A DNA stretch of 64,000 bases from Myxococcota bacterium. Its GTDB lineage: Bacteria > Myxococcota_A > Polyangia > HGW-17. Position 1 is the first letter of the stretch. The number at the start of each line of letters is the position of its first letter. The notes beneath the pieces are model-generated. The model had not been told where the DNA came from, made no database searches, and saw only the letters and a program-made list of their open reading frames with translations. The stretch is taken from NCBI GenBank assembly GCA_018817795.1, contig JAHITJ010000199.1, forward strand, positions 11,682 to 75,681, written 5' to 3'. Position numbers and translations under genes: made by a program. Of this stretch, positions 1 to 9,524 are shown in pieces.

Positions 1-1953
1 GCTCTCGACCTCGTCCTGGTATTTCAGATCGGTGTACTCCTCGCCGCGACCGATGGCCCAGCCGGTGTCCGGAGAGTAGCCCTCGACCCACCAGCCGTCC
101 AGGATCGACAGGTTCTGGGCGCCGTTGGCGGCGGCCTTCATGCCCGACGTGCCCGAGGCCTCCAGGGGACGGCGCGGGTTGTTCAGCCATACGTCCACGC
201 CCTGCAGCATGTAGCGCGCGACGTTCATGTCGTAGTCCTCGAGGAAGACGACCCGGCGCATGAACTCGTCACGGCGCACGTGGTGCACGATGCGACGGAT
301 GAACTCCTTGCCCTCGTTGTCGCGGGGATGCGCCTTGCCGGCGAAGATGAACTGCACCGGGCGATCCAGGTCGGAGACCAGCCGGATCAGCCGGTCGACG
401 TCGTGAAAGATCAGGGTCGCACGCTTGTAGGTGGCAAACCGGCGCGCGAAGCCGATGGTCAGGATATCCGGATCGAGGGTCTCGTCGGCGGCCAGGAGCT
501 CGTGTTCCTGAGCGCCGCGCTTGACCAACTGGGCGCGCATGCGCCGGCGGACAAAGGCGACGAGGCGTTCACGGCGGCGCTCGTGGGTGCGCCACAACTC
601 GGAGTCCGGGATCTGATCCATGTAGCGCCAGACCTCGGGATCTTCACTAAACTCCGCCCATCGCGGTCCCAGATAACGCTCGAACAGGCTGGCCAGCTCG
701 TGGGACGTCCAGGTCTTGTTGTGGATGCCGTTGGTGACGTGCCCGATGGGAATCTCTTTCTCGGGCAGCTCCGGCCATACGGTCTTCCACATGCGACGGG
801 ACACCTCCCCGTGCAGCATCGACACGCCGTTGTAGCGGTCCGACAGGCGCAGCGCCAGCACGGCGACCGAGAACGGCTCCTCGACGTTGGAGATGTGCTC
901 CCGGCCCAGGCCCAGGAACTCCTCGCGGGAGATCCCCACCGCGTCACGGTATTTCCAGAAGTATTTGTCCATCAGCGCCGGCGGGAACTTGTCGATGCCG
1001 GCGGGCACCGGGGTGTGCGTCGTGAACACCGAACCGGATGAACAGGCTTCCAGGGCCTCGTTGAAGCTCAGTTTCTGCCGCTCGATGAGGTTCTGGATGC
1101 GCTTGAGCCCCAGAAACGCGCTGTGGCCCTCGTTCATGTGGAACACGGTCGGGAAGTAGCCCAGGCGCTCCAGGGCCATGACGCCACCGATGCCGAGCAC
1201 GAGCTCCTGCTTGAGGCGCATCTCCAGATCGCCACCATAGAGCTGGGCCGTGATCTCCCGGTCCTCGATGCTGTTGGACTCCACGTTGGTGTCCATCAGG
1301 ATCAGCGGGGTGCGGCCGACCTGCACCTTCCACAGGCGCGCCTGTACCATGCGCGAAGGCATCTCCACCTCGATCATGAGCGGCTGGTGTTTCTCGTCGA
1401 ACAGCGGGATCACCGGCATGTTCAGGAAGTCGTTGTCGGGGTAGGTCTCCTGCTGCCAGCCGTCGGGATTCAGGTACTGCCGGAAATAGCCCTCGCGATA
1501 CAGCAGCGACACGCCCACCAGCGGCAGGCCGATGTCCGAGGCGGACTTCAGGTGGTCGCCGGCGAGCACACCCAGGCCGCCGGAGTAGATGGGCACGGAC
1601 TCATGCAGGCCGAACTCCAGGGAGAAGTATGCCACCAGCAGGTCCTGGGACTCCGGGGGCAGCTTGAACGGGCGTCCGGACTGCATCGCGTTGTCGAAGC
1701 GCCCCAGCACGCGCTTGAGGCTGTGCAGGTAGGCATCGTCATGGGCGAGCTTCTCCAGGCGGGCCTGGGAGACGCGGCCGAGCATCGCCACCGGGTTATG
1801 CCCGCACTCTTCCCACAAGTCACGGTCCAGGCGGTAGAACAGTTCGATCGCGTCGAAATTCCAGCACCACCACATGTTGTAAGCCAACTCCTGCAGGCGG
1901 GCCAACTGTGGCGGTAACGAGGGAACGACTGAAAATTTATATACGGTCTTCAT
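1..1953 (-). CDS. glgP: alpha-glucan (glycogen/maltodextrin) phosphorylase, GlgP family; C-terminal end runs off the window
   Basis: Absent from the ORF track because it is open at the window edge. My own minus-strand translation from ATG 1953-1951 (GGAG a few nt upstream) gives MKTVYKFSVVPSLPPQLARLQELAYNMWWCWN...HMNEGHSAF...FARRFATYKRA...FAGKAHPRDNEGK...EASGTSGMKAAANGA (PLP-lysine motif). The frame stays open through position 1. Plus-strand ORFs 280..1041 and 1123..1917 are R/G/H/V-rich shadows. Confidence 0.85.
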   Translation of the reverse strand, partial: MKTVYKFSVVPSLPPQLARLQELAYNMWWCWNFDAIELFYRLDRDLWEECGHNPVAMLGRVSQARLEKLAHDDAYLHSLKRVLGRFDNAMQSGRPFKLPPESQDLLVAYFSLEFGLHESVPIYSGGLGVLAGDHLKSASDIGLPLVGVSLLYREGYFRQYLNPDGWQQETYPDNDFLNMPVIPLFDEKHQPLMIEVEMPSRMVQARLWKVQVGRTPLILMDTNVESNSIEDREITAQLYGGDLEMRLKQELVLGIGGVMALERLGYFPTVFHMNEGHSAFLGLKRIQNLIERQKLSFNEALEACSSGSVFTTHTPVPAGIDKFPPALMDKYFWKYRDAVGISREEFLGLGREHISNVEEPFSVAVLALRLSDRYNGVSMLHGEVSRRMWKTVWPELPEKEIPIGHVTNGIHNKTWTSHELASLFERYLGPRWAEFSEDPEVWRYMDQIPDSELWRTHERRRERLVAFVRRRMRAQLVKRGAQEHELLAADETLDPDILTIGFARRFATYKRATLIFHDVDRLIRLVSDLDRPVQFIFAGKAHPRDNEGKEFIRRIVHHVRRDEFMRRVVFLEDYDMNVARYMLQGVDVWLNNPRRPLEASGTSGMKAAANGAQNLSILDGWWVEGYSPDTGWAIGRGEEYTDLKYQDEVES

Positions 1954-2006
1954 ACAGACTCCTTGGATTCCGCTTCAGGGGAACCAGCGGACAGCGGGGG
2001 TTCGGT

Positions 2007-2840
2007 TCAGATCGGAAGCGTGCTGACAATCTCGTGTACCAGCGACTTGAAGGTCGCCGAGATCGCGTCGGCCGTTTCCTGGACTTCGGCGTGGGAGAGC
2101 GGCTGGGGGGAGATCCCGGCCGCAAAGTTGGATACACAGGAGATGCCGAGGATTTTGGCACCCATGTGATGGGCGGCGATGGCCTCGGGCACGGTGGACA
2201 TGCCCACCATCGTGGCGCCCAGCACGCCCATCATGCGGATCTCGGCCGGCGTCTCGTAGCTCGGGCCGAGCATGGCTGCGTACACGCCTTCCTTGAGCGT
2301 GACACCCAGACGGCCGGCGGCGGCCTTCGCGTGCGCACGCATCCCCGGGTCGTACAGATTGGTCATGTCCGGGAACCGCGGACCAAGCTCCTCGAAGTTG
2401 GGACCGCGCAGCGGGTTCGTACCCAGCATGTTCAGATGGTCCGAGATCAGGGCGAGATCTCCGGGATTCAGATCCGGGCCCAGTCCACCGGCAGCGTTGG
2501 TGATCACCAGCCGTGTGCAGCCCAGTTTCACCAGGACGCGGGCAGGGAACACCACCGTCTCCATGGTGTGACCTTCATAATAGTGGACACGTCCCTGCAT
2601 GGCGGCGACGGTGTGGGACCCCAACCTTCCGATGACCAGGTTGCCGGCATGTCCGGCCACGTGGGACACCGGGAAGTGCGGGATTTCTCCGTACGGGAGG
2701 ACGACCCGGTCCTCGAGGGTGTCCGCGAACGCCCCCAGCCCCGAGCCGAGGATCAGCCCGACGGTCGGGCGCTGCGGAATCTTGTTGGCGATGAATTCGA
2801 CGCTTTCCTGGATGTGGTGTGGCAAAGTCATGGGCCGCAC
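2007..2840 (-). CDS. punA: purine nucleoside phosphorylase (PunA-type, trimeric PNP family)
   Basis: 277-aa ORF (GTG at 2840; first ATG at 2831). Colinear with PunA: GLILGSGLG, GHAG, RVHYYEG, ITNAAGG, GPSYETPAE, VGMSTVPE, SCVSN...PLSH. Confidence 0.85.
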   Translation of the reverse strand: MRPMTLPHHIQESVEFIANKIPQRPTVGLILGSGLGAFADTLEDRVVLPYGEIPHFPVSHVAGHAGNLVIGRLGSHTVAAMQGRVHYYEGHTMETVVFPARVLVKLGCTRLVITNAAGGLGPDLNPGDLALISDHLNMLGTNPLRGPNFEELGPRFPDMTNLYDPGMRAHAKAAAGRLGVTLKEGVYAAMLGPSYETPAEIRMMGVLGATMVGMSTVPEAIAAHHMGAKILGISCVSNFAAGISPQPLSHAEVQETADAISATFKSLVHEIVSTLPI

Positions 2841-2875
2841 TTTACAACAACAGCGGCCGATTTGACAACAGGTTA

Positions 2876-3832
2876 TTAGATGGTGGGCGGAGGTTCGTTG
2901 GCCGGCGTCGGAGCGCCATGGGCCGGGGGCATGCCGTCGGCTGGGGTCACCGGGGTCTGGTAGCGCGGCGCGGCGCCCATATCCCAGGCCAGGCCGAGAC
3001 CGAACATGGGAAAATACTTCACCGGGGACGTGGTGACCGGCTGGAAGGCCATGACCAGCAGCCGCAGCACAGGGTTGAGTTTGAACTCGGCTCCAATCGT
3101 AATAATCGTGTAAGTCGAGCCGCTTTCGACGTTGTTGTCGGCCAGCACGTTGATCCCGTTGGAGTAGATCTCAAGTTTGGGAGCGGTGGGGTGGTTGCGG
3201 AAGGTCACGCCACCGAACACCGTGGCGTTGCCCATCATCATGCGCGGGATAATCGAGAACGAATAAACACCGACGGTCTCATTGCCGTACTCGACCTCCC
3301 CGATCGGGGAGATGAGATCGGTGTCCACAAACTGCTTTGCATAAGGAACACTGAACGACAGGTACTCGCCCGATATGGCAACGGCCCACTGGGTGTCGAT
3401 CTCGAAGTTGTAGCCGAAGGAGAGGCCGATGCCAATCACATTGCCCTTCGGTGTGAGATTCAGGTCGTCGGTGTAGGTCTTCTGCTTGCCGGCGGCCAGG
3501 CCCCATTCTCCGCCAATGCCCATGTCGAAGTTCTTGGTGAAGCGGTAACGCCAGTTCAGGTTCATCTGGGAGCGGGGCACCCAGTTGGCCGCGCCGGTGG
3601 AAAGGCTGATGGTCTCGGTGTTCACCACGATGTCCGTCATTTCCTCGACGGGCTGCTGCTTGGCCAGCGTCATCGCGCCGGCGGTGAGCATGCTCCGTCC
3701 CTGGGAGGGTGCGCCCGAGCGCATCGACGGCTGCGGCAGGGGAACGTATGCCGAGCGATGCACCTGCGCGGTGGCGCACGAAAGCGTGAACAGCGAAAGG
3801 GAAATGATAATAAATAAATAAACATTCCTCAT
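2876..3832 (-). CDS. hypothetical secreted / outer-membrane beta-barrel-like protein with Pro-rich C-terminal tail
   Basis: ORF 2876..4090 trimmed to ATG 3832, giving signal peptide MRNVYLFIIISLSLFTLSCATAQV. Amphipathic beta-strand pattern rich in aromatic residues (NLNWRYRFTKNFDMGIGGEWG, SFGYNFEI). No family recognised. Confidence 0.55.
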   Translation of the reverse strand: MRNVYLFIIISLSLFTLSCATAQVHRSAYVPLPQPSMRSGAPSQGRSMLTAGAMTLAKQQPVEEMTDIVVNTETISLSTGAANWVPRSQMNLNWRYRFTKNFDMGIGGEWGLAAGKQKTYTDDLNLTPKGNVIGIGLSFGYNFEIDTQWAVAISGEYLSFSVPYAKQFVDTDLISPIGEVEYGNETVGVYSFSIIPRMMMGNATVFGGVTFRNHPTAPKLEIYSNGINVLADNNVESGSTYTIITIGAEFKLNPVLRLLVMAFQPVTTSPVKYFPMFGLGLAWDMGAAPRYQTPVTPADGMPPAHGAPTPANEPPPTI

Positions 3833-4008
3833 GACGCACTCCTTCAAATCGGTGACAGTTGGCCGTACCCGGCGCCTGTTGTTACCACGAAGCCACTCAC
3901 AATGCCAGCTGTGTGCCACACTTTGGCAGGGCGATCGAGTTCTCATTTTTCTGGACAAGAGGATCCACGTCGTATCCACCTGGAAACTTCGGGGGGCAAA
4001 GTGCCAAG

Positions 4009-4033
4009 TCGAAATCGAAATCGAAATCGAATC
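4009..4033. repeat. hexanucleotide tandem array (TCGAAA)x3 plus partial unit; left arm of an inverted pair
   Basis: Direct reading: TCGAAATCGAAATCGAAATCGAATC. Confidence 0.9.
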
Positions 4034-4156
4034 AATTTCCTCGTAAATCAACAGTTTTTCGATGTCATCGGTTCTAATGAATCCAGCCAATAGACTCGAC
4101 AGCTGGTTGGCAAGCGTCCATTCTTTCGTGACGAAGAAGCCTTCGGATTTCTGGAC

Positions 4157-4182
4157 CGATTTCGATTTCGATTTCGATTTCG
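4157..4182. repeat. hexanucleotide tandem array (CGATTT)x4; right arm, reverse complement of 4009-4033
   Basis: Direct reading: CGATTTCGATTTCGATTTCGATTTCG. Its reverse complement matches the left arm at 22 of 23 positions. Confidence 0.9.
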
Positions 4183-4316
4183 GGGGGAGTGGACCCTTCA
4201 GCTATAAATTGAGTTAGAACTCGACTGCCCTGCACACTTTGGGAACCGGATGCCTTCTCGAAATCCAGTTGCGTAAAATCTTGGCCGAGGTATATCCTCC
4301 CGCCGGAGGTGCGCGC

Positions 4317-5465
4317 ATGCTTCGCACGGATTGTGTCTCGGAATACCTGTTTGCCCGGATCGACCAAAAACTCAAGGGGTTGCGCGCCGCGGGCATCGAC
4401 GTGATCTCGTTCGGCGTGGGGGATCCGGTGTCTCCGCCGCCACAACCGCTGCTGGACCGGCTCGCGACGCTGGTGCAGCACCCTGACCTGCACAACTACA
4501 GCCCCTATGAAGGCACCGCCGAGTTCCGCGCCGCTGGCTGTAATTACCTGAGCCGCCGCTACGGCGTCGCCCTCGATCCCGAGACCCAGGCGGTGGGCCT
4601 GATCGGCTCCAAGGAGGGCATCGCCAACCTCTTCATGGCTTACACCCGTGCCGGTTCCCTGAATCTGGTGCCGTCCCTGGCCTATCCCATCCCGGCGACG
4701 ATGACCCGCATCGCCGAGGGGGAGGTCTACTCGATGCCGGTGAACGCCGGGAATGGATTCCTGCCTGACCTGGAACAGATTCCTTCAGAGATTCTGGAAA
4801 AATCCAGGCTTCTATACCTGAACTATCCAAACAACCCGACGGGCGTTGGCGCTCCCAAGGAATATTTAGAAAAGGCCTTGAATCTGGCCCGCCGGCATGA
4901 CCTCCTCATCGTGCACGACTGCGCCTACGAGGAAATATATTTTAAAGAACGACCACACAGTTTCCTCGAGTTCGAGGGTGCCCTCGAGCACGTCGTGGAA
5001 TTCCACAGCCTTTCCAAGATGTTCAACATCACCGGCTGGAGGCTCGCGTTCGTGGCTGGATCGGCCAGGAATCTGGCCCCGCTGAAGATCATGAAGACCA
5101 ACACAGACTCCGGGCAGTTCAAGCCACTGCAACTGGCCGCCGCGTGGGCCCTGTCAGACCTGGTCGACGAGTTCGGCGTCCACCAGCGGGAGACCTACCG
5201 ACGGCGCATGTCCGCCCTCTCGGCGGCCCTCGTGCACACCGGTGCCCACGCGGAGTTGTCCGACGGAACGTTCTTCCTGTGGGGCCGTGTGCCCGACGGA
5301 TTCAACTCCACTTCTTATACCGAGCACCTGCTCGACCGCGCCGGAGTGTTCGTGACCCCCGGTGTGCTGTTCGGCGCTGATGGCGAGGGCTTCTTCCGCG
5401 CATCGCTCACGGTCTCCGACGAGCGGCTGGACCAGGCCTGCGAACGACTGGCGAAACTCAAATGA
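4317..5465 (+). CDS. class I/II PLP-dependent aminotransferase, LL-diaminopimelate aminotransferase-like
   Basis: ORF 4239..5465 trimmed to ATG 4317 (GGAGGT 7 nt upstream). N-terminus SEYLFARIDQKLKGLRAAGIDVISFGVGDP is typical of the DapL-like/COG0436 group. NYPNNPTG substrate loop and PLP-lysine motif SLSKMFNITGWRLAF are present. Confidence 0.8.
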   Translation: MLRTDCVSEYLFARIDQKLKGLRAAGIDVISFGVGDPVSPPPQPLLDRLATLVQHPDLHNYSPYEGTAEFRAAGCNYLSRRYGVALDPETQAVGLIGSKEGIANLFMAYTRAGSLNLVPSLAYPIPATMTRIAEGEVYSMPVNAGNGFLPDLEQIPSEILEKSRLLYLNYPNNPTGVGAPKEYLEKALNLARRHDLLIVHDCAYEEIYFKERPHSFLEFEGALEHVVEFHSLSKMFNITGWRLAFVAGSARNLAPLKIMKTNTDSGQFKPLQLAAAWALSDLVDEFGVHQRETYRRRMSALSAALVHTGAHAELSDGTFFLWGRVPDGFNSTSYTEHLLDRAGVFVTPGVLFGADGEGFFRASLTVSDERLDQACERLAKLK

Positions 5466-6820
5466 CGCAACTGGACGAACTCCTCCTGCGCGAGCTCGGT
5501 CCCGGCATCGTGTCCATGGACCCAGACCTGCTGCGTGACTGCTCCCACGACGAGAGCGAACAGGAAGCGGTCACCCCCGATGTGGCCGTGACTCCCGTGG
5601 ACCCGTTGCAGGTGGAGATCCTGCTGCGGCTGGCCGGGGAGCACCGCTTCTTTGTCACCCCGCGCGGCGCCGGCACGGGCAAGTCCGGCGGCTCTGTGCC
5701 CGTGTGCGGCGGCGTCTCCCTGTCATTGCACCGGATGAACCACATCCTCGAGATCGATCCGGAGAACCTGCTCGCCGTGGTCGAGCCCGGTGCGACCTGC
5801 GAGAGTCTGCAACAGGCAGCCTGGGCCGCCGGCCTGTTCTATCCGCCCGATCCGGCGAGCCTGGCCACCTGCAGTCTCGGCGGAAATGTGGCCGAGAACG
5901 CCGGGGGGCCGCGGGCCTTCCGCTACGGCGTCACGCGTGAATACGTGCTGGGCATGGAGGCCGTGCGCATTGGCGGTCATCGGTTCGACGTCGGCCACCG
6001 CCCCGTCAAGGGTGTCTCCGGCTACGACCTTGCCGCCCTCCTCACCGGTTCAGAAGGGACTTTGGCGGTCTTCACGAAGTTGATCTTCAAATTGATCCCG
6101 CAGCCGGAAGCGCCCGGCCTGCTGATCCTCTATTTCCCCTCCGTGCATGAGGCGGTCCGCGCAGTCACGATCCTGGTGCAGAACCGGCTGTTTCCGATGG
6201 CCCTGGAGCTGCTCGACCGGCCCAGCCTGGACGCGGCCCGCACGGAGACCTTCTCCCCTTCGTCCTCGGCCGGCGGAGCGCTGTTCTGCGAGCTCGAGGG
6301 TCTCGCCGCCTCGCCTCACCTTGCGCAGGCGGTCCTCGACGCCCTTGCCGGTGCCGGTGCCGCACCCTCGGGCTACGAACTGACCACCGACCCCGACGCC
6401 GCCGGCGCTGCCTGGGACGCGCGACGGGACGTCAGCAGCCGGCTCAAGGCACTCCACGCCCGCAAGATCAGCGAGGACGTGGCCGTGCCGCGGGCGCTGC
6501 TGCCCGAGTTGGTCCTGGGGGTCCGCGAGATCGCCTCGGAGTTGGGCCTCGATTCGGCCTGCTATGGCCACGCCGGAGACGGAAACCTGCATGTGAACTT
6601 CCTCACCGACAGCGATGGATCAGCCTTCGGAACGGCCGTGGAGCGGCTCTTCCGTCTCACGCTGCTGCTGGGTGGAACGCTCTCGGGCGAGCACGGCATC
6701 GGCACGCTCAAGAGACGGTTCCTGCCTGCCGAGCATGCTCCGGCCGTCCTGGACATGTTCGCCGCCGTGAAACACGCCTGGGACCCTGCTGGCCTGCTCA
6801 ACCCCGAAAAAGTCCTGTAA
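5462..6820 (+). CDS. FAD-linked oxidase (GlcD / D-lactate dehydrogenase family)
   Basis: 452 aa. FAD-binding PCMH-type N-terminal half (VTPRGAGTGKSGGSVP). C-terminal GTLSGEHGIGTLKRRF and DPAGLLNPEKV motifs. ATGA overlap with the upstream aminotransferase stop. Confidence 0.8.
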   Translation: MTQLDELLLRELGPGIVSMDPDLLRDCSHDESEQEAVTPDVAVTPVDPLQVEILLRLAGEHRFFVTPRGAGTGKSGGSVPVCGGVSLSLHRMNHILEIDPENLLAVVEPGATCESLQQAAWAAGLFYPPDPASLATCSLGGNVAENAGGPRAFRYGVTREYVLGMEAVRIGGHRFDVGHRPVKGVSGYDLAALLTGSEGTLAVFTKLIFKLIPQPEAPGLLILYFPSVHEAVRAVTILVQNRLFPMALELLDRPSLDAARTETFSPSSSAGGALFCELEGLAASPHLAQAVLDALAGAGAAPSGYELTTDPDAAGAAWDARRDVSSRLKALHARKISEDVAVPRALLPELVLGVREIASELGLDSACYGHAGDGNLHVNFLTDSDGSAFGTAVERLFRLTLLLGGTLSGEHGIGTLKRRFLPAEHAPAVLDMFAAVKHAWDPAGLLNPEKVL

Positions 6821-6898
6821 TCGGCCGTTGGCTTGGTTTTCCACATGGAAAGCCGGTCGAACCAATGCTACAAAGAGATCTGTCGGGGTGAACTTCGA

Positions 6899-8548
6899 AT
6901 GCGTCATTTTTCTGCCTGTTTGCTGCTGCTGTTCCTGTGCGTGCACTGCGAGAACGCCAAGTTCAACCCGGTGACGAACAACCAGAACAACCAGACCGGC
7001 AACCTGACCCTTCAGTTCGTGATTCCCGCCACCGGAGAAGTGGCCCTCATGGCCGGCCAGCGCTCCCGTGTGGACATCCGTGTGCATGATGCCACCGGGC
7101 TGCCGGTTTCCGGTGCGCGCCTGGACTTCCGCATGGTCGGCGTCGCCGGCGGTACCACGCTGGCGTCTTCGAGCACCGTCGCCGACTCCACCGGACTGGC
7201 CTCATTGAACCTGATCGCGGGGGCCAGCGCCGCCCATTTCCAGGTGCACATCGAAAACACGCGGGCGGTGCCTCTCCAACTCGACGTGACGGTGTCCTCC
7301 ACGGGCTTGGTCCGCTTCCGCGTGGCCTTCAACTACGCCGGAGAACTCCTGCCCGGTGACATCGAGGGCCTGCAGACTGGCATCGTCTTCGGAAGCGCCT
7401 GCGACAGGATCTCTCCCTACACCGCGGTGATGGACCGCCAGCGCACCCTGCCCTCATGGCTCACCATCGTGGAATATCCAGAACTGCCCGTCGATCTCCC
7501 CTTTTCCATCGTCACCCGCGGCATGGCCGGACCTTCGGAGCCCCGCATCCATGGTTGCCTCACCCCGGAGATCCGGTCCCTGATCCCGGACGCCACGGTG
7601 GACGTGGAGATGCAACTTGAAGATTATTCACGTCAACTGCCAGGTCCATGGACCTTCGAGACTCCCGTCGTCGGAGACGCCATCCCTCAGAGAGCCCGGG
7701 ATCTCTTCGCCAGCTGGCAGTCGCCCGGGAGCTGCACCTACGGCCTGGCGCAATTGTATCTCAACTGCCTGGTCTCGCTGCTCGAGTCCGGAGATCTTTC
7801 CTTGTGCGCGCCAGGCGTCCCCACGGCTGAATCGGAGTGGATCCTCGAGCACCGGGGTCGGCTCGACGCGCAGGGGTGCCGCAACGGGTTGGACGAGTTG
7901 GACCGCCAGAGCCTTGAGTCTCATCTGCATGCCCTGCTCACCTGGGAGACCTACCAGGGTCCCCTCGCCCAGCTCGACACGATCCTGAATTCCGACGATC
8001 TGGCCCAGGTGCGTGTCATGGGTCGCCTCCTGCCGGAGGACGCAGCCATGCGGCTCGAGGTCAGTTCCATACAGTGGCTTCATGACGACCTCTGGCATCC
8101 GGTCACCGTCTCCACAGGAACATTCCACTCCTTCTCCTGCCCGGGTACCTCCCAGAGCTGTCTTCTAGAGCCCTTCATGCTGTCGCTGGACTGGGAAAAC
8201 CTGCTGGTGCGTCACCTGCGGGAAAGTTGGCTGGACCCTGCCGGAATTCCGCCGGAAGGCTCCGAGTTCGCCGCGATCCTGCTCGAAGGGGCCCTGGTCG
8301 ATGCCTGGCCTGAAACACTTCAGGAGCGTTTTGCGGGGGTGCTGGGGATCTCCCTGCCGGAGACCACCTGGTCGCGGGCCTTCGAGTTGCTGGGACTCCG
8401 GCTCTCCAATCCCGCCACCTTCGACACCGGGCCGGACTGTCGGGTGGAGGGCTCCCTGCTCATTCCGGACCGGGATCTGAATTTTCTGGTGGATACGGTC
8501 ATTCCGGACCTGACGGTTTCTCCGTGCGTGCTCCCTTGCGTTCCCTGA
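6899..8548 (+). CDS. hypothetical lipoprotein/secreted protein with an N-terminal Ig-like (Big-type) segment
   Basis: ORF 6833..8548 trimmed to ATG 6899, giving MRHFSACLLLLFLCVHC signal. The segment VDIRVHDATGLPVSGARLDFRMV...STVADSTGLASLNLIAG resembles bacterial Ig-like domains. The rest is unrecognised. Confidence 0.5.
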   Translation: MRHFSACLLLLFLCVHCENAKFNPVTNNQNNQTGNLTLQFVIPATGEVALMAGQRSRVDIRVHDATGLPVSGARLDFRMVGVAGGTTLASSSTVADSTGLASLNLIAGASAAHFQVHIENTRAVPLQLDVTVSSTGLVRFRVAFNYAGELLPGDIEGLQTGIVFGSACDRISPYTAVMDRQRTLPSWLTIVEYPELPVDLPFSIVTRGMAGPSEPRIHGCLTPEIRSLIPDATVDVEMQLEDYSRQLPGPWTFETPVVGDAIPQRARDLFASWQSPGSCTYGLAQLYLNCLVSLLESGDLSLCAPGVPTAESEWILEHRGRLDAQGCRNGLDELDRQSLESHLHALLTWETYQGPLAQLDTILNSDDLAQVRVMGRLLPEDAAMRLEVSSIQWLHDDLWHPVTVSTGTFHSFSCPGTSQSCLLEPFMLSLDWENLLVRHLRESWLDPAGIPPEGSEFAAILLEGALVDAWPETLQERFAGVLGISLPETTWSRAFELLGLRLSNPATFDTGPDCRVEGSLLIPDRDLNFLVDTVIPDLTVSPCVLPCVP

Positions 8549-8679
8549 CGGGCCAACGGCAAACGACGCTGCCCCGCCCCGCACGTTCCGTGGGTCCCTG
8601 GACACCCGCTGCCGGCGCCGAGATCGCCTGTGTCCCCCCGGAACCCCCCATTTTTCCCCTCAGGGGGGTCGATTTGCTC

Positions 8680-8708
8680 TTGACACTCCGAAAAAATCCA
8701 ATACTAAT
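8680..8708 (+). promoter_or_regulatory. candidate sigma70-type promoter for rpsD
   Basis: TTGACA at 8680-8685, 16-nt spacer, TACTAAT at 8702-8708, about 55 nt upstream of the rpsD ATG. Sequence match only. Confidence 0.35.
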
Positions 8709-8764
8709 AGTTCAGCTTTGCGGAGTTGGTTGTTTCATCTCCGAATTTTAAAAAGGTTGTATCC

Positions 8765-9379
8765 ATGAGTCGTTATATTGGTCCCCGTGTAAAGAAGATG
8801 CGTGCCCTTGGCCTGGATCTCCCCGGCCTTTCCCGTAAAACCATGCAGAAGCGCCCGTTCCCCCCCGGACAGCACGGTCAGCGTCGTCGCGGTCGCCGGT
8901 CCGACTACGGTACCCAGTTGATCGAAAAGCAGAAGCTGCGCTACAACTACGGTCTTGGTGAACGGCAACTGCGCCGCCTGATGAAGGAAGCCCGTCGCTC
9001 CAAGGCTGCCACCGGCGACAAGCTGGCTGAACTGATTGAACGCCGCCTGGACAACGTGTTGTTCCGCGCGGGCTTCGCGCCCACGATTCCGGCCGCACGC
9101 CAGCTGGTCAACCACTCCCACTTCATCGTCAACGGCAAGAAGGTCAACATCCCCTCCTTCCGCGTGAAGGTCGGCGACGAGATCTCCCTGCGCGAGCGCT
9201 CCCGCGAACTGAAGGTGATCGAAGCCTCCATCGGGCAGCCGCAGCTTTCCGTGCCCGACTGGATGGAAATCGACTCCACTCGCAGAGTGGCCCGCGTCCG
9301 CGCCCTGCCCACTCCGGACAGCATTCCGTTCGAAGTGGACCTGCAGGCAGTGGTCGAGTACTACTCCAAGCGCATGTAA
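8765..9379 (+). CDS. rpsD: 30S ribosomal protein S4
   Basis: ORF 8726..9379 trimmed to ATG 8765. MSRYIGPRVKKMRALG...YGTQLIEKQKLRYNYGLGERQLRRL...RLDNVLFRAGFAPTIPAARQLVNHSHFIVNGKKVNIPSFRVK is canonical S4. Confidence 0.95.
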   Translation: MSRYIGPRVKKMRALGLDLPGLSRKTMQKRPFPPGQHGQRRRGRRSDYGTQLIEKQKLRYNYGLGERQLRRLMKEARRSKAATGDKLAELIERRLDNVLFRAGFAPTIPAARQLVNHSHFIVNGKKVNIPSFRVKVGDEISLRERSRELKVIEASIGQPQLSVPDWMEIDSTRRVARVRALPTPDSIPFEVDLQAVVEYYSKRM

Positions 9380-9524
9380 TCCCGAAGCCTTCGGCTTCAC
9401 ACAACCAATCAAAACACCTGAATAAACTGAACAGGGGTGATCTGTAGGTGGTGCTGCCCGCCCGCAGGATTCGGACACGTCACGATCTCTGTTTAATTTC
9501 CCCTAAACCATATTGTCAATATTT

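Noticed and set aside
1123-1917. Long plus-strand ORFs (1123..1917, 280..1041) over the left end of the window
   Set aside because: They are antisense to a clearly recognisable alpha-glucan phosphorylase. They are rich in R/G/H/V/D/L, as expected for the reverse frame of GC3-rich codons, and show no recognisable motifs.
3831-4093. Small ORFs (3831..4046, 3859..4077, 3902..4093, 4074..4493 minus) across the OMP/aminotransferase intergenic region
   Set aside because: Their translations run through the hexamer arrays as EIEIEIE, SKSKSKS or RNRNRNR. They have no RBS and are artefacts of the repeat.
9384-9398. Hairpin GAAGCC-TTC-GGCTTC just after the rpsD stop, considered as a possible intrinsic terminator
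   Set aside because: The stem is only 6 bp, the loop is 3 nt, and no U-tract follows (ACACAACCAATC). This is not enough to call a terminator.
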